A stretch of DNA of 63,565 nucleotides, filler included, from Octopus bimaculoides (GCF_001194135.2; 6 parts of 6 records of this genome joined end to end with filler, not necessarily neighbours in it); one strand, 5' to 3'. Positions 47,940 to 63,196 are shown, numbered from the whole stretch's first letter. Translations and numbers: made by a program. Notes: generated by a model not told the origin, from the letters alone.

Positions 47940-48569
47940 CTAAAACTGTTCGTCGAACGGGAACATGGAACACAGAGTAACAGTTTTTGTTATGTCTTTG
48001 CAGCTTTTTTAATAAAGCATATTACTCTACCTCCGCTATTCGAGTACTGCTTTTTCCACCTTGTTTCACGTTTAGGTGCTTACTCTAGTGCTTACTAGTG
48101 CTTACTCTATATAGAAATATATAAGTGCATAAGATTTTATCACGGAGAGAGGTCCACCATGTACATTTCTTACATACTGAAAAGGGTGGTCAAGACCTAA
48201 ACTAAGAAAAGAAAGATTCTTCTTTTAAGGCACGTTGCTTGTAGGCGAGCAGTATGTCTAAACGAATAAAAATCTCAGTTGACCTTATATCCATGAGTTT
48301 CCCCGTTAATGATCAATCAACATAGTGGACTTCTTTCCGTGTATAAAATCTTATGCATTATTATATAGAAATATTTATGTCTTCTGACTTTTAGTTACGC
48401 ATGCACACCACTGGTAAAAATTATTATTATTCTTTTAACAACGTTTACCCTATATATCTCTTTATATATNNNNNNNNNNNNNNNNNNNNNNNNNNNNNNN
48501 NNNNNNNNNNNNNTTAATTAATTAANNNNNNNNNNNNNNNNNNNNNNNNNNNNNNNNNNNNNNNNNNNN

Positions 48570-48615
<46 letters not shown>

Positions 48616-49005
48616 CATCTTTAATTAAATATATATTGCTAATCAAACAGAATGAAGAAATCCAAATCTGAAATCAGTTTTGTCGCATCAATTATGAATT
48701 TAAATTTTCTTGATGTTGATCTTATATTGTTACATCAACTCTCAGCGAAATCTTGTGACTGAATCATATTTTATAGCAATATAATTTGTTGTGAATTCCA
48801 CCTCGAGATACTACAAACTGATAATTACCTTCCTGTCTTATACAAGATAGTTAAACATAATAGATTTACAATTGATGGTTTCTAGTGTCGAACGTAGACT
48901 CATTAATTTATAGTATTTTCTCTTTTATATCACGATTCTTAATTAAACAATATGGCTTTCGTTAACAATGTTTCCGCCTTCGTTATAATTTGTTGTCATT
49001 TCATT

Positions 49006-49115
<110 letters not shown>

Positions 49116-52100
49116 TATTAATTATGATAGGGATAACGGAAAATTTTCACATCCATAATTTTATTTAACAACTGTATGCTGCAAATAACTGTCAATAACT
49201 GTTAAATAAAATTATGAATATACAGATATATTAAAACAATTTCATTTTATCAAAAATAAGCTATTTTGTCTAATAGCATTCATTCGTTCAATAAATTATG
49301 GTTTTACATTGCGTATATAGAATAAACTGTGGGTTTTGTAAATAGCGGATTAGAACTTGAAATGAAAATATTGAAATGAATATATATTAAATTAATGAAA
49401 ATAGATGCGAGAGATTGATGCAAATGAAAACGGAAAATTTCGCCTGCAACGAATTAATATTGTTTTATTAAATCTACTTCGCAGTGAATGCAACGAATAT
49501 TTAAATTTGTGAAAAACTTGTCGTTGCTAGGAATGTGTTTAATATACAGACAGACAACACCGGAAGCAGGTTTCTTCCCTCCTTTCCTTTTTTCCTTCCG
49601 TCCGTCCTCCCTTCCTTCCACCAGTCTTGAATGCCCTGTAACGGATTCAAGGCACCGCATTCGCTTCTGACTAAAAGAGAAAAAAAAAACAAGCTAAAAA
49701 ATAAGCATTTTGGAATGAGGGAAACATTTCTCATTTAATCGCGGTCTGCTCATTACGACCCGATATATGTAACGTCAGACGGGTGGCCACCCCACCTAGG
49801 ATGCAACTTGTCGATAAACTTTCTGATGTTATAAAAAACAAAAAGTGAAGCACTTAATCAACAATCGCTCCTGAAATGATCAACCGAACTAAATATCAAT
49901 TATAATCACATGTTTTCAATAATTTAATGGAAAATCGATGAAACTACGAAGTTTCCGTCCGTATTTTATCTTCCCACACAAAATAAGACAAAACAAAGTT
50001 TGAATTAGCGCCCCTCTTTTATTTTTCTTCTTTTATCTTTCCAGTGTTCATTACTTTGTCTTTAAACGAAACACCGATAAGAAGACACAGTTCTAACATG
50101 TTCTGACTCGCACACAATTTCGTCAATAACTGTATTAAATAGAAAGAAAGCGTCCAGCGACGTGCCTAGTGATATCTGCCTATCACGTAATATAATTCTC
50201 ATTGCCTCATCAAAGTTCTCACATTGTGTACGTTCTAACATATTGCAACGAAAGACGATAGTATTCAGAAGTTATATAATACTGCAGTGAACATGTGATG
50301 GAAGAACGACAGCATGTCAGATTAAATGTCTTTCTGTAGGCTAAGTAGAGCTTCTAGGTTGGTGATTATTAAACTTGGTTTCGCTCGCGAAATGATTATA
50401 GGTACTCTGGCGGCTCACTGGTTCACTTTGTGTTTAAAGTAAAAAATGAGTATTAAAAAAGGTAATATATTTTAAAAACACACACACACGAGTGTGTATG
50501 TGTATATTTGCAGTTAAACAGCCCTACCTACACAGTGGATAACAAACTCTACCAGTCAGCATTTGTTAACATTTAATCATTAAAGTGGGAAATTATCAGA
50601 AAAGCCATTTCTATTCATTTTTTTTCAAATGTATAATGCTGTACCTAGGACTTTCTATTTCTTAGTCTACTATATACATACATACATATACACACACACA
50701 TTTCTACATATATATATATGTATGTGTGTGTATATATATGTATATATATGTATATAAAAATATTAAAACTGAAATCGGGTGTGCGAAAACAGTACGAAAG
50801 CCGCAGCCTTGTGACACATTCTGTCATGTTGATATTGGACGAGGGCTACGTCAAAGGCACACATGTCTGTGGAACTCTCAACCATCTACACGCAATTTCA
50901 ATGAACCGATGGTTTAACTGATCGAACAACTGGATGCTCGTCGTAATCGACGGAGATCCATTTACACACACACACACGCACACACATGCATATTTGAAAT
51001 ATTGATTGACAAGTTATTTTCTGTTAGTCTCAGTTAGTAACGGCGACCAGTTGTTGAGAAGAAGTGGAGTAAAGTTTGATATAAAGAGGTGTTAGGAAGA
51101 ACGGATCCAATATTTCTCCTGCTTTATCAGCAAATGCTAATATTTCTAAGATTTCCCATTATTGAAAGAATTGTGTGTGTGTGTCTGTAGGTGTGATGAG
51201 TGCGTGCGTGTGTTATATGTCGTGTCTGTCTTGAGAAACTGGGTTTTCTGCGTCAATGCGGTAACTTGTTTCAAATAATTTTAATAATGATTTTTCGCTC
51301 AAAAGATGTTGCTACATTGACAACTAGGGTAGATTATGGGTCAAAATGCCTCGAGTATTTAGTTACAGCCCTCTACGTTGTGAGTTCGAATCCTTCGGAG
51401 ATTAACTTCGCCTTTCATCCGAACAGAATCATTATCACTTACTTATTCGGAGTCGATATAATTACTCCATCTTCTAACTTTTGTGGTTTCGAGTCTATGT
51501 CAGAAATCCATAATAATTCCAATCATAAGGGCGGTGCGCTAGTCAATTATAAAGAACCCAGCTGGTAATTATTTTATCCACCCGGAAGGATGTAAGGCAA
51601 AGTTAACCTCGGCAGAATTTCGAACTCAGAAGAGTCGGAAGAAACGCAGCTAAGAATTTTCTCCGACGGGTAACGATTCTGTTAGTCCGCCACCCTAGAA
51701 ATTCATAATAGTCCTTTAGCTAGAAGAAGTACATTCAGTTGAACCGATTCCAATAATAACTGGTTCTCATGTCGTAGAAAGGACAAAGAACAGACATCGG
51801 AGGCATTTGAACTGGGGAAACAACGGATGAAAGTATTTAAATTATTTAGTCCGGCGCTCTATAATTGTTACTTCATAAACACATGTTGATATTTCCAGTA
51901 TTATCATTATTAACTCTTATTCATTTGTATCAATGTGTGTGTGTGTGTGCGCGCGCGCTTCAATTTGCGCGCGTCCAGGCACGGCGTTGGTGTATGTAGA
52001 TTTTCAGACTTGTTGCTGTTGCTACTGTCACCATTGCAATATCGCTGTCGATTCTGTCATTGTTGCTGGTCATTTGCTTCAGTGGTCAACACAAACACAC

Positions 52101-52426
52101 TGAACGTCTTTCCGCGTCATTATGTTTGTTCGGACGCCATGATTTGATGCAAACCTACTTTCACTTTCTGCTTGAATTACCAACATTTTCTAGTTTGAAG
52201 CGCAAATCATTTCACTCATGTGAGCTGTGTAAACAGTTTTATGGACTGGAAAAAAAAGACAAAATTTATATTTTTATTATTCATACTTTTTTGTTGTACG
52301 CTGCTTTTAATGATCTGTANNNNNNNNNNGCATGTATATGTACATATATATGTGTGTGTGTGTGTGAGTGTATGTCTGTGTGGTATATATATCTTAATAT
52401 AATGTATCATAATATAATATAACATA

Positions 52427-52464
<38 letters not shown>

Positions 52465-53060
52465 TTGATTTATGAATATTATAGTTGTCGTCTGCCGTCG
52501 ATACACACGTTTACAGAGCCTCATTTAGAAGGTGTTTTTCCAGAATTATTTGGACGAAAAGAGTTGTGTTTGGTGGCGTTATACCAACGAGAGTCTCGAT
52601 AAAAATATATTTCTACCATCGGCTATTTGTAATATTTAGCTGAACAACTCAGATGTTGCAAGGGGAAGTTCTCGCCACAGTGGATGTAGAAGTGGTCTCA
52701 ATAACGATACAGTAGTACAATAGGAGTTAATAACATAAACAAGCCCCACTCCAAGTATTTTGGAATATGTAAACAGATTTAAAAGAAAAAGAACCCAGAC
52801 AATGTGAAAATTTAAATAAAGCTTACAGTTGCCCAACGGAAAATACAACCAAGAAGAGCGTTAAATATATTAATTTGAAGGAGAAAAAATCAGTGTAACT
52901 AATACAAGCAGCATAGAAGATGACAACAGTAACAACAGAAGCAATAACATTTCATCTTTTGTCAATGATGTTGTTGTTAAAATCACTCCGATGTGGATCA
53001 AACTGAAGAGCAAAAGGAAGACGTGGATGAGGCAGACTGAGAAAGACAGAGTATCCCGTA

Positions 53061-53072
53061 ATAGTAGTAGTG

Positions 53073-53108
<36 letters not shown>

Positions 53109-53126
53109 ATGATGATGATGATGATG

Positions 53127-53161
<35 letters not shown>
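53061..53161 (+). repeat. Compound microsatellite (AGT)n(GAT)n(AAT)n
   Basis: Directly visible. Confidence 0.95.
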
Positions 53162-54026
53162 NNNNNNNNNNNNNNNNNNNNNNNNNNNNNNNNNNNNNNN
53201 NNNNNTTAATTAATTAANNNNNNNNNNNNNNNNNNNNNNNNNNNNNNNNNNNNNNNNNNNNATATATATATATATATATACACGTATATTACATGGTGAA
53301 CGAGAGAATTGAATATTTTTTCAATCGGGTGTGAAAAGAATGATAGACAGAATAGACGCAAAGAAAGATGGAATATGGTGCTACCAAAATGTAGAGGAAA
53401 TAGAAGTGTATTAAGAAATGGCCAACCCAGTGTTCTGCGATAGAAGTATCTAAATGTGATGATATTTACCTTCGTCTTTAACTTGTTGTTACCTCATCCT
53501 CTTGAGCTTCCATTTACCATATTATAGGTTTAGACGTTACTCTCAGACCTGGACAATGTTCTGCACATTTTGCCTAATAATTTACTCAATGCATTATAGT
53601 CAAATTCCTCCACATTATGTATTTTACTGACACTTCAACTAGAGTGACAATCTTTCATTGATACCACAATGCTTTCGTCACCGTTTCGTCCCTAATCCTA
53701 CTCAATATTAGTCTTTTTATATCACTCATTTGTGTAGTTATCAATCACAGTGATATTACTACATCGATGGAATGTTTTCAGTGCTTCTTTGGGTTTCGTT
53801 TCTTTGTTCCTTTTCCCAAACCCCTGCCAACATTTCGCCCCCAAAGATTCCTAATAAAAGATTGTTACACGCTCCAGTGATTATAATGTGTCTATTAACA
53901 AAAACAAAAACAGGGTAAAGCTGATTTGTTTGTTGATCCATAACTCTCTCCTAGTTGTAAGCAACACATACATTAACGCATGCACATACTTAGGTATATG
54001 CATGCATACATCCATATATCTGTGTG

Positions 54027-54078
<52 letters not shown>

Positions 54079-57000
54079 AATTAATCTGTTTTAACTTCAG
54101 ATTAAAATAAAAGAAGGAATCCACAAACATTCTCATCATTATCATTTTATCATCAACCTCTTTCGGCATCGACAGAATTGGTTAATTGCCGGACTGAATT
54201 CGTAAAGTGCTTGCCCAAAGTTCTGTGCCGTATCTAGTTGCACACGCTTCCACTCTTATTCTTCCCCCTCTATGTCAATGGCATAAGGACTAGTGTCTGG
54301 AACGATGTCACCAATCATACCTCGTCTTACTCTCGGGTTTTACATCATCGTCATCATCTTTCCGCCGAGATCAACTTTACTTTCATTCTCTTAGAGTCGA
54401 TAAAATAAAGTACCAGTTGAATACTGGGGTCGATGTAATCGACCTCTTCCCCACCCCATAATTGCGGGCCTCGCATCAAAATTAGAAAAGATTATCAGCG
54501 TCATCATCATTATTATTCTCGTATATCCCGTTTCGTCGCGATTTGAGGGTTGAATATGCTAATGTTTCATAATACGTTTCATTTTATAATTCTTTTGTAA
54601 ACATTTATTTAGTGATTCTGTTTGATTTTTTATTTAAAGAAAAAATTTCGACTTATTTCTTTGGTTTCTGGCAGAACTTGGTGACTGATACATAAAACTG
54701 ACCTTGTTTTGGCAAGATCTAATTTCATTTACATGAACTCTGGTTAAATATTATTTGACATTTTGTAGCGATTCTGTGAGAAGACTCTTCATTTTATTTT
54801 CGTTTACCAAATCGGAAAATTGATATGAAGCCCTCTGTGAAAAGTTGAATGCCATACATTAGTGACATATCTTAAATAAAATGTTTTCTCATCTACTTAA
54901 GACAGAATACATCAACGTTAAACACTATTTCATAATACAGGAGGAGTGAGGGCTAAACTTGAAACCAGAATTAACATTTCAACAATAACATCGATATTTT
55001 GCCATAGTAACATCGATAAGTGAAGATTAAGAATTAAGAAAAAGGTTCGCGGGACAAATAATTTCGAAATATTTTCTGGTTAACAATGAGATTATTTTGC
55101 AATGAAATATTTTGTTGAAGAATATTCTTTCAGAGTTTAGGAACAATCTTTGTTTCTACGTAGAACAACCAGTAGTAAGTCATAGCCTAAGATAATTAGA
55201 GTGGCTTTGAGTCAATATAAGACAATGCACGACTCTTCAGGAAGAGAAATGTCAATTGTATTATTTAGCGACGAAAAAGAAGCGAAATCGTTTCACCTAG
55301 AGCTAAATATCTCAGATAGTTCTGGAAGGCGATGAATTCATGCATACATATATACATATATACATACATACATACATCTCTCTCTTTCNNNNNNNNNNAT
55401 ATATATATATTTATATATACATAAGCAATAAGTATTAGTGACAACAGAACAGTAGTTCTATATTACTCCTAAAGACTTGATATTCATTTCTACATATCTA
55501 ATGCACGCAGAAGCAGTAGTAGTTTTAGAAATATCAACTTTCTGTAAATACATTAGCTACATTCTAGAAAGACACTGATGGAAGTTGACAAAACCAATTC
55601 TATAAAAGTAATTATAATTCTTCAAAAATTTATTCAAGAAGAGATCTGTATATCTCGTGTTTCTTTCTTGAATTTCAAGGTTGTGATAATAGTTCTATAA
55701 ACCAACAATTTCTTTTTGTCTTCCACACATTCCCCCCTTAAAATAATCTCTCAAATTAAGAAATTTTGATTTTCGTAAATATTTATAAAATATCTTATTC
55801 AGATTCTAGAACGTTATTATTATTAATATTATAAATTTCACAATTGTAAAATAAAATTATTTGTTGATATTCTCCACAGCAAAACTGAAATATAACTTTA
55901 ATATCAAAATTTTATTTACATACCACAATTTTATTGTAAATTATTCTTCAATGTCGACACTATGATGTCATACTTTATAATTATGTTAGATTTAATATAC
56001 GTTTCCTAAGTGACACTATCAGACATTCTTTAACCGATTTAACCATTCCTGGCTATTGGGAGAAGTTTGAAAGTCCCCTCCCCTCCCCCACACATTTTAT
56101 ATATAGTTTGGGTTTGTGTCTACATAAAAAATCAATATTTTGCGATCGATTTTATGTTCCCGATTAACTACGTCTATTTGCAATGTTGCAAATTTCATGC
56201 ACAGTTATTCACATTTTCTAAAATCTTTAGTCACATCAATCAGTGAAACTGCATATTTAGCTTCCATACATTGCTTCCTTCGCATGTCTTCCTTGATCAC
56301 GTGATATATAAAGGTGAACAATTACATTGGCGATCTCTTTATTCCCCTTCTGGCATTCTCCCAACCCCCGACTCTTATCTGTTTTACTTCCCTCACATTC
56401 TATATTTGCAAACCATTACCAGCCATTGGCCTGTGATGGCTTTACTTTCGGCGGTTCTGCTTACTATCGTAAATGGTACGTAACTGAATCTCATAAACCT
56501 AAATAGTTTTCAAATAGTCCGGATGTAACTGTCTGTGAATGGAAACTGTAATCTAATGTGGCTCAACATGTGGTGTTTAACAATCAATGCCTGACATTAC
56601 ACATGTAGTAGTTGTACAGAACATGTAGGACAATAGTCACCCTTCTCTTGCCAGAGTTTTAACTCATTTTCCATTTTACCTGCTCTGACATTTATATCTC
56701 CCTCGCCTCCCACCTCACTCTGTGTATTTCTTGGAAACCTTTCCAACACTAATCAGCATGAAATTATAAAAGGTAAATTAGTTGACATACAATTCTCCGG
56801 CTAATCACTTCTAGTCTGACCAGCACTTTCACCTAACAATTAAAATTACAATAAGATTTATTAATTAACGTAAATAACTAATTGGATTATTATTAAATAT
56901 TCTCCAGAACAAATAGAGATGTTGCGTCATCTATAGTAACAGATTATACAAATAACGTAAGAGACCCAGTAAAGTAGGTAGCGTAGATACCTGAAAAAAC

Positions 57001-57282
57001 TCACGTGTTTTCTCAGCATCTTCGTTTATTTTCGGAAATCACGTGATTGATATTAAGGGTCTTGCTGCACTCATCTTTGCTATGTTCTTAATTGGGTTGG
57101 TAAATAAATATACTCCGAAGTAAAAGTAGAAGAAGAAGGAATTAGAAATGAACATACGACGTTCCCTCCATCACCTTAAATAGGTGTTAACCACGATGAT
57201 TACAATAAACGTAGCTTTCCGCGATTCACTGGCACACCTCTCTTCCTTTGCACACAGAATCGAGTTTTCTGAAGATACTTAC

Positions 57283-57306
57283 CCTGTTTATAAACCCTGT
57301 TAAACT
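57283..57306 (-). CDS. Candidate 24-nt micro-exon of a minus-strand gene (xFNRVYKQ or SLTGFINR)
   Basis: Minus strand: ttgaatttcctcctacag|AGTTTAACAGGGTTTATAAACAGG|GTAAGT; strong splice signals at both ends. Confidence 0.4.
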
Positions 57307-57743
57307 CTGTAGGAGGAAATTCAATGCGATACAGAAAGTTTTATAAAAGCGATGTGCTAACTTTAACATTAAAGTTGATCAGACTCCCAGCAACTACTGT
57401 TGTTGCTATTAGTAATTATATTTATTTATATATTTTTCAGATTAGATATCTATGTTGTCTGTTGTCATAGTAACTGTACCAGTAACATTAGTGAAAGTAG
57501 TAATAACAGTAGTAGTAATATTAATGAGTATAGTTCAGTTTTACTAAAAATGTTTCTTGTTGTCTCTAAGGATTAAAGCTTACTTTTTTTTTAAATTATA
57601 AATTCTTCTGACAATGACAAAAAATAAACCAATTTTCTTGGAAATATAAAATGCCAAAATTTCCAAGTTACGTAATTAATCATATTTTTCATCGAAGAGG
57701 ACTTTATAAAATTTTTATTGCTTTAATTTTGTCACTGTTTATA

Positions 57744-57761
57744 TATTATTATTATTGTTAC

Positions 57762-57848
<87 letters not shown>
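57744..57848 (+). repeat. (TAT)n microsatellite
   Basis: Directly visible; source of the poly-Tyr pseudo-ORF. Confidence 0.95.
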
Positions 57849-57849
<1 letters not shown>

Positions 57850-58100
57850 TTCTTTTATCCAACAGTTTGAGCTTCAATGAAAGTGAAGTGCTTTACGTAT
57901 TTTTTCTTTTTGTCTTTTGTGTATTTGCATTATTTTGGATTTTATTCGGTGCCAAACTTGTCTCTCATTTGTGCTATAAAAAAAAAACAGAAAAAGAAAA
58001 AGAAAAAAGATGGTCTACTTTTATATGATGGTTAAGGGTATTTTCACCAACTTAAATTTCTACTTAATTGAATATATTTTAGATCGGTTATTTAGATACA

Positions 58101-58140
58101 TGCATACATACATACATACATACATACATACATACATACA

Positions 58141-58171
<31 letters not shown>

Positions 58172-58728
58172 GTATATGCATATACAGAGATACCTACTTA
58201 TATACATATATACATATATTCACACACACACACTCACAAACACGCACACAAATACACACATACATACACACACACATACACACACATATGTATATGTATA
58301 TACATACATATACACACACGCACATATATATGCAATATACACATGCAGAATTATATATGCATATATATGTGTGTATGCGTTATATATATATATACATACA
58401 CAATATATCTCTATACATATATACACATATATGTTTGTATGTATATATGTATGTACGTAGGTAGATAGATATGTATGTATGATGTGTGGTGTGTGTACGT
58501 ATCCGCAGTGGCTGGACTTGAAGCAGAAAAAAGATGATCGTAGTCTTGTGTACGCGCAGAACAAGAAATATTTAAAAATAAAGCATATTTCCATGTAGTT
58601 ATTTACAAAGAACAATATTTTTTCTTTAAACTATGTACATACGTACACGCGAGCGTGCGCACGTATTCATGACATACATGCGTACATGCATGCATACGTA
58701 CATACATACATATATACATGTACGTCTA

Positions 58729-58767
<39 letters not shown>
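58101..58767. repeat. Long (ATAC)n/(TA)n/(CA)n low-complexity tract
   Basis: Directly visible; source of the HTY/VCM pseudo-ORFs. Confidence 0.9.
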
Positions 58768-60155
58768 NNNNNNNNNNNNNNNNNNNNNNNNNNNNNNNNN
58801 NNNNNNNNNNNNNNNNNNNNNNNNNNNNNNNNNNNNNNNNNNNNNNNNNNNNNNNNNNNNNNNNNNNNNNNNNNNNNNNNNNNNNNNNNNNNNNNNNNNN
58901 NNNNNNNNNNNNNNNNNNNNNNNNNNNNNNNNNNNNNNNNNNNNNNNNNNNNNNNNNNNNNNNNNNNNNNNNNNNNNNNNNNNNNNNNNNNNNNNNNNNN
59001 NNNNNNNNNNNNNNNNNNNNNNNNNNNNNNNNNNNNNNNNNNNNNNNNNNNNNNNNNNNNNNNNNNNNNNNNNNNNNNNNNNNNNNNNNNNNNNNNNNNN
59101 NNNNNNNNNNNNNNNNNNNNNNNNNNNNNNNNNNNNNNNNNNNNNNNNNNNNNNNNNNNNNNNNNNNNNNNNNNNNNNNNNNNNNNNNNNNNNNNNNNNN
59201 NNNNNNNNNNNNNNNNNNNNNNNNNNNNNNNNNNNNNNNNNNNNNNNNNNNNNNNNNNNNNNNNNNNNNNNNNNNNNNNNNNNNNNNNNNNNNNNNNNNN
59301 NNNNNNNNNNNNNNNNNNNNNNNNNNNNNNNNNNNNNNNNNNNNNNNNNNNNNNNNNNNNNNNNNNNNNNNNNNNNNNNNNNNNNNNNNNNNNNNNNNNN
59401 NNNNNNNNNNNNNNNNNNNNNNNNNNNNNNNNNNNNNNNNNNNNNNNNNNNNNNNNNNNNNNNNNNNNNNNNNNNNNNNNNNNNNNNNNNNNNNNNNNNN
59501 NNNNNNNNNNNNNNNNNNNNNNNNNNNNNNNNNNNNNNNNNNNNNNNNNNNNNNNNNNNNNNNNNNNNNNNNNNNNNNNNNNNNNNNNNNNNNNNAAGAA
59601 AAAGACAGCAATAAAAATATAAAGAATAATGATTATAATAATAATAGTGGAAATAATAATATAATAATAACAACAACAATAATCATAATGATAGCAGTAA
59701 ATACAGAATGGCAAAGTTATAATCTGACATAGTAACAATACAGCAACAACAATATAAACTGCAACAACAACAACAACAATCTTATCTATTTTCATATCTA
59801 AAGCTGTAGACAGTGACTATGTTTTGTGGAATTGTAGGTTATTGTAACGTATTTTGTTATAATTTGTCTGTTTGCCTTATTTTTCTGTGATGTTAAAGCT
59901 TCTGTTCTTAATCAAATAGATGGCCAATCATATAATTTCTGTTGTTTTTTTTGTTGTTTTTTTTGTCTCTCAGTTTTATTAGAAATTCGTTTCTGCTCTT
60001 CATTTTGTTTTAAATGTTACAATTAACTAAAACTTAAATAAATGCATCTCAAATATCAATGTGGAAAGATTCATTTCAGGGTTTGTTGTTATTTCTTTTT
60101 ATTATCTTCTTGTTTGTTTTTACTCAGTCGTTATTGAAGGGATAACGTGAAACCT

Positions 60156-60370
60156 AAGGCGGCGATCTGGCAGAATCGTTAGCACGCCGGGCGAAATGCT
60201 TGGCGGTATTTCGTCTGTCTTTACGTTTTGAGTTCAAATTCCGCCGAGGTCGACTTTGCCTTTCATCCTTTCGGGGTCGATAAATTAAGTATCAGCTGCG
60301 TACTGGAGTCGATCTAATCGACTGGTCTCCTCCCCAAAAATCTCGGGCCTTGTGCCTAGAGTAGAAAAGA
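60156..60370 (+). mobile_element. SINE family C, full length (other copies near 23640, 31233, 51385, 54370 plus; 18662, 51560 minus)
   Basis: A box TGGCAGAATCG, B box GAGTTCAAATTC, same central domain as the 21766 copy. Confidence 0.9.
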
Positions 60371-60592
60371 ACATTAAAACTATGATAAAAGATTTGTATT
60401 GCAAGACGCAGAGGTTTCCCTGACCTCCGTTCTCCCATTCTTAAACATGCTGAAGCCATGATTATAATACTCATCACCACTGGTGCAAAATACTGTTTAT
60501 ATTCATAATACATACCTACATACATATATATATGCACACTCACCGACTCCCACCCACCCACACAGACGCACGCACGCGTGCGCACACACACG

Positions 60593-61392
60593 CATACACC
60601 TGGTAAAGCTTGGGTACACAAATCGCTACGATGTTTGGGTACCACATGAGTTGAGTGAGAAGAACCTTTTGGATCGCATTTTCATCTGTGATTCGTTTTA
60701 TAAACGGAATGAAAACACGCCTTTTTTAAAGCAAATTGTGACAGGTGATGAGAAATGGATTATCTACCAAAATGTTCAGAGAAAGCGATCCTGGAGTAAG
60801 CGACATGAGCCACCCTTAGCCACCCCAAAAGCGGGTCTTCACCCTAAAAAAGTCTTGCTTTGTGTCTGGTAGGATTGGAAAAGAATTTTGTACTATGATC
60901 TTCTCCTAAGTAACCAGACAATTAATTCTGAGAAGTACTGCACACAACTGGACGAGTTAAAAGCAGCAATTCAAGAGAAGCGTCTAGAATTGGCCAACAG
61001 GAAGGGTGTTGTTTTCCAACATGATAATGCAAGACCGCACGTTTCTTTGGGAACCAGATAAAAATTGCTGCAGTTCGGCTGGGATGTGTTACTCCACCCT
61101 CCATATTCACCAGATATTTCTTCTTCGGATTTCCACTTATTCAGGTCTCTGCAGAATAGTCTTAATGGTAAAAATTTGAATTCCTTGGATGACGTAAAAA
61201 GATACCTTGATGAATTTTTTGCCATGAAACCACATCAATTCTGGGAAGAGGGTATTTTCAAGTTAAAGAAAATATAGAGACGCATTGTGCAACAAAATGG
61301 TTCATATTTGGTTGATTAAGAATGTAATGGCAAGTATCTATTGATCTTTTTCTTTCCTTTAAAAATCCGCACGAACTTTCCGGACAACCCAA
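60593..61392 (+). mobile_element. 5'-truncated mariner (DD34D) transposon relic with transposase pseudogene and right TIR
   Basis: One frame encodes WVPHEL, IVTGDEKW, HDNARPH, HPPYSPDISSSDFHLF with 34 residues between the 2nd and 3rd Asp; premature stops at 60870, 61059 and 61275; 3' TIR aaaatccgcacgaactttccggacaacccaa followed by TA at 61393. Confidence 0.93.
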
Positions 61393-63196
61393 TACGTCTG
61401 ACTGGACTCTGACTAGAGCAGTGTTAAAAAGGTAAACATATTACACTAGTAACACAGCAATGACACAGAAAGTGAAACACAAAATAGCATTGACAATAGA
61501 GAAGTGTCGTAGGAAATATGAATATATGACATTGTCAACAGATATCATTGGTAATAGAGTCAGTTACAGAAANNNNNNNNNNNNNNNNNNNNNNNNNNNN
61601 NNNNNNNNNNNNNNNNTTAATTAATTAANNNNNNNNNNNNNNNNNNNNNNNNNNNNNNNNNNNNNNNNNNNNAGGCTATAGTAGAAAACACTTGCCCAAG
61701 GTGCCACGCACTTTTACAATACACAAAATATTCTGATATTTTTGTTATTTACAACTCCTAAATGTATTTGATTATAAAAACGTAATAGGATTTATTTTTT
61801 TTACACATCAAGTGGCCATGTGGGTCCATCCAAGTGAAATAGGAATCAAAGAGGTCCATAAGTGAAAAATGGCATTGAGAAAGTGGTCTAGAAAGTTCTT
61901 TTAGTATTCTGAAAACTCCCACATCAGATCAACTCCGAATAGTCCAATGACATCATGTGGATAGTTAGTCGACGAATAGCTGTAATACATTTATATTTTC
62001 TAACAGATATACGAAGACACAGCCTGGCATATCGGATGTACTGAAGCAGTCAGGACATGTATTTTCACCATTACCAGACCGTTCATATACTGGGGCTGGC
62101 CGCAGCGGAGCTTTTTCTAGTCAGAAGGTGTACTCGGTCAGCGTTCCTCTGTTATTATTGACGAAACGTTAGTCCATTTTATAGCAACTGTAGCCTATAA
62201 CAAGCTGGTACCGATTACTTGATACACGTTGACAGCTAATATTCAGGGCGATAAAAGAAAGACCCAGTTTTTGATTATTACTTAAGGTTATTGACTCTGT
62301 ATAATACTCGTGCTTTATTGTTTTTCGATTTCGTTTGGGTAAAAGGTAAAGTTGACTAAGTTTAGAACATAAAGAGCCTTACACTATAATAAAGCAACAT
62401 GTTACCTAAGTAACGAGTAAAGCTTTTAACACAATGTAATAACAAATACAGCTAATTGATATTAATTAGGGTTATTCAAAGAAGGAATTTGATAAAGTAT
62501 ATGGAAATTNNNNNNNNNNNNNNNNNNNNNNNNNNNNNNNNNNNNNNNNNNNNNNNNNNNNNNNNNNNNNNNNNNNNNNNNNNNNNNNNNNNNNNNNNNN
62601 NNNNNNNNNNNNNNNNNNNNNNNNNNNNNNNNNNNNNNNNNNNNNNNNNNNNNNNNNNNNNNNNNNNNNNNNNNNNNNNNNNNNNNNNNNNNNNNNNNNN
62701 NNNNNNNNNNNNNNNNNNNNNNNNNNNNNNNNNNNNNNNNNNNNNNNNNNNNNNNNNNNNNNNNNNNNNNNNNNNNNNNNNNNNNNNNNNNNNNNNNNNN
62801 NNNNNNNNNNNNNNNNNNNNNNNNNNNNNNNNNNNNNNNNNNNNNNNNNNNNNNNNNNNNNNNNNNNNNNNNNNNNNNNNNNNNNNNNNNNNNNNNNNNN
62901 NNNNNNNNNNNNNNNNNNNNNNNNNNNNNNNNNNNNNNNNNNNNNNNNNNNNNNNNNNNNNNNNNNNNNNNNNNNNNNNNNNNNNNNNNNNNNNNNNNNN
63001 NNNNNNNNNNNNNNNNNNNNNNNNNNNNNNNNNNNNNNNNNNNNNNNNNNNNNNNNNNNNNNNNNNNNNNNNNNNNNNNNNNNNNNNNNNNNNNNNNNNN
63101 NNNNNNNNNNNNNNNNNNNNNNNNNNNNNNNNNNNNNNNNNNNNNNNNNNNNNNNNNNNNNNNNNNNNNNNNAGTAAAAAATAGAAAATGAATATT

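Noticed and set aside
57651-58615. Poly-Tyr, HTHT, VCVC, YIYI ORFs
   Set aside because: Translations of microsatellites.
62040-62160. GC-rich segment with GGCTGGCCGCAGCGG resembling a vault/Y RNA 5' end
   Set aside because: No B box, no complementary 3' stem or terminator at a suitable distance; left unexplained.
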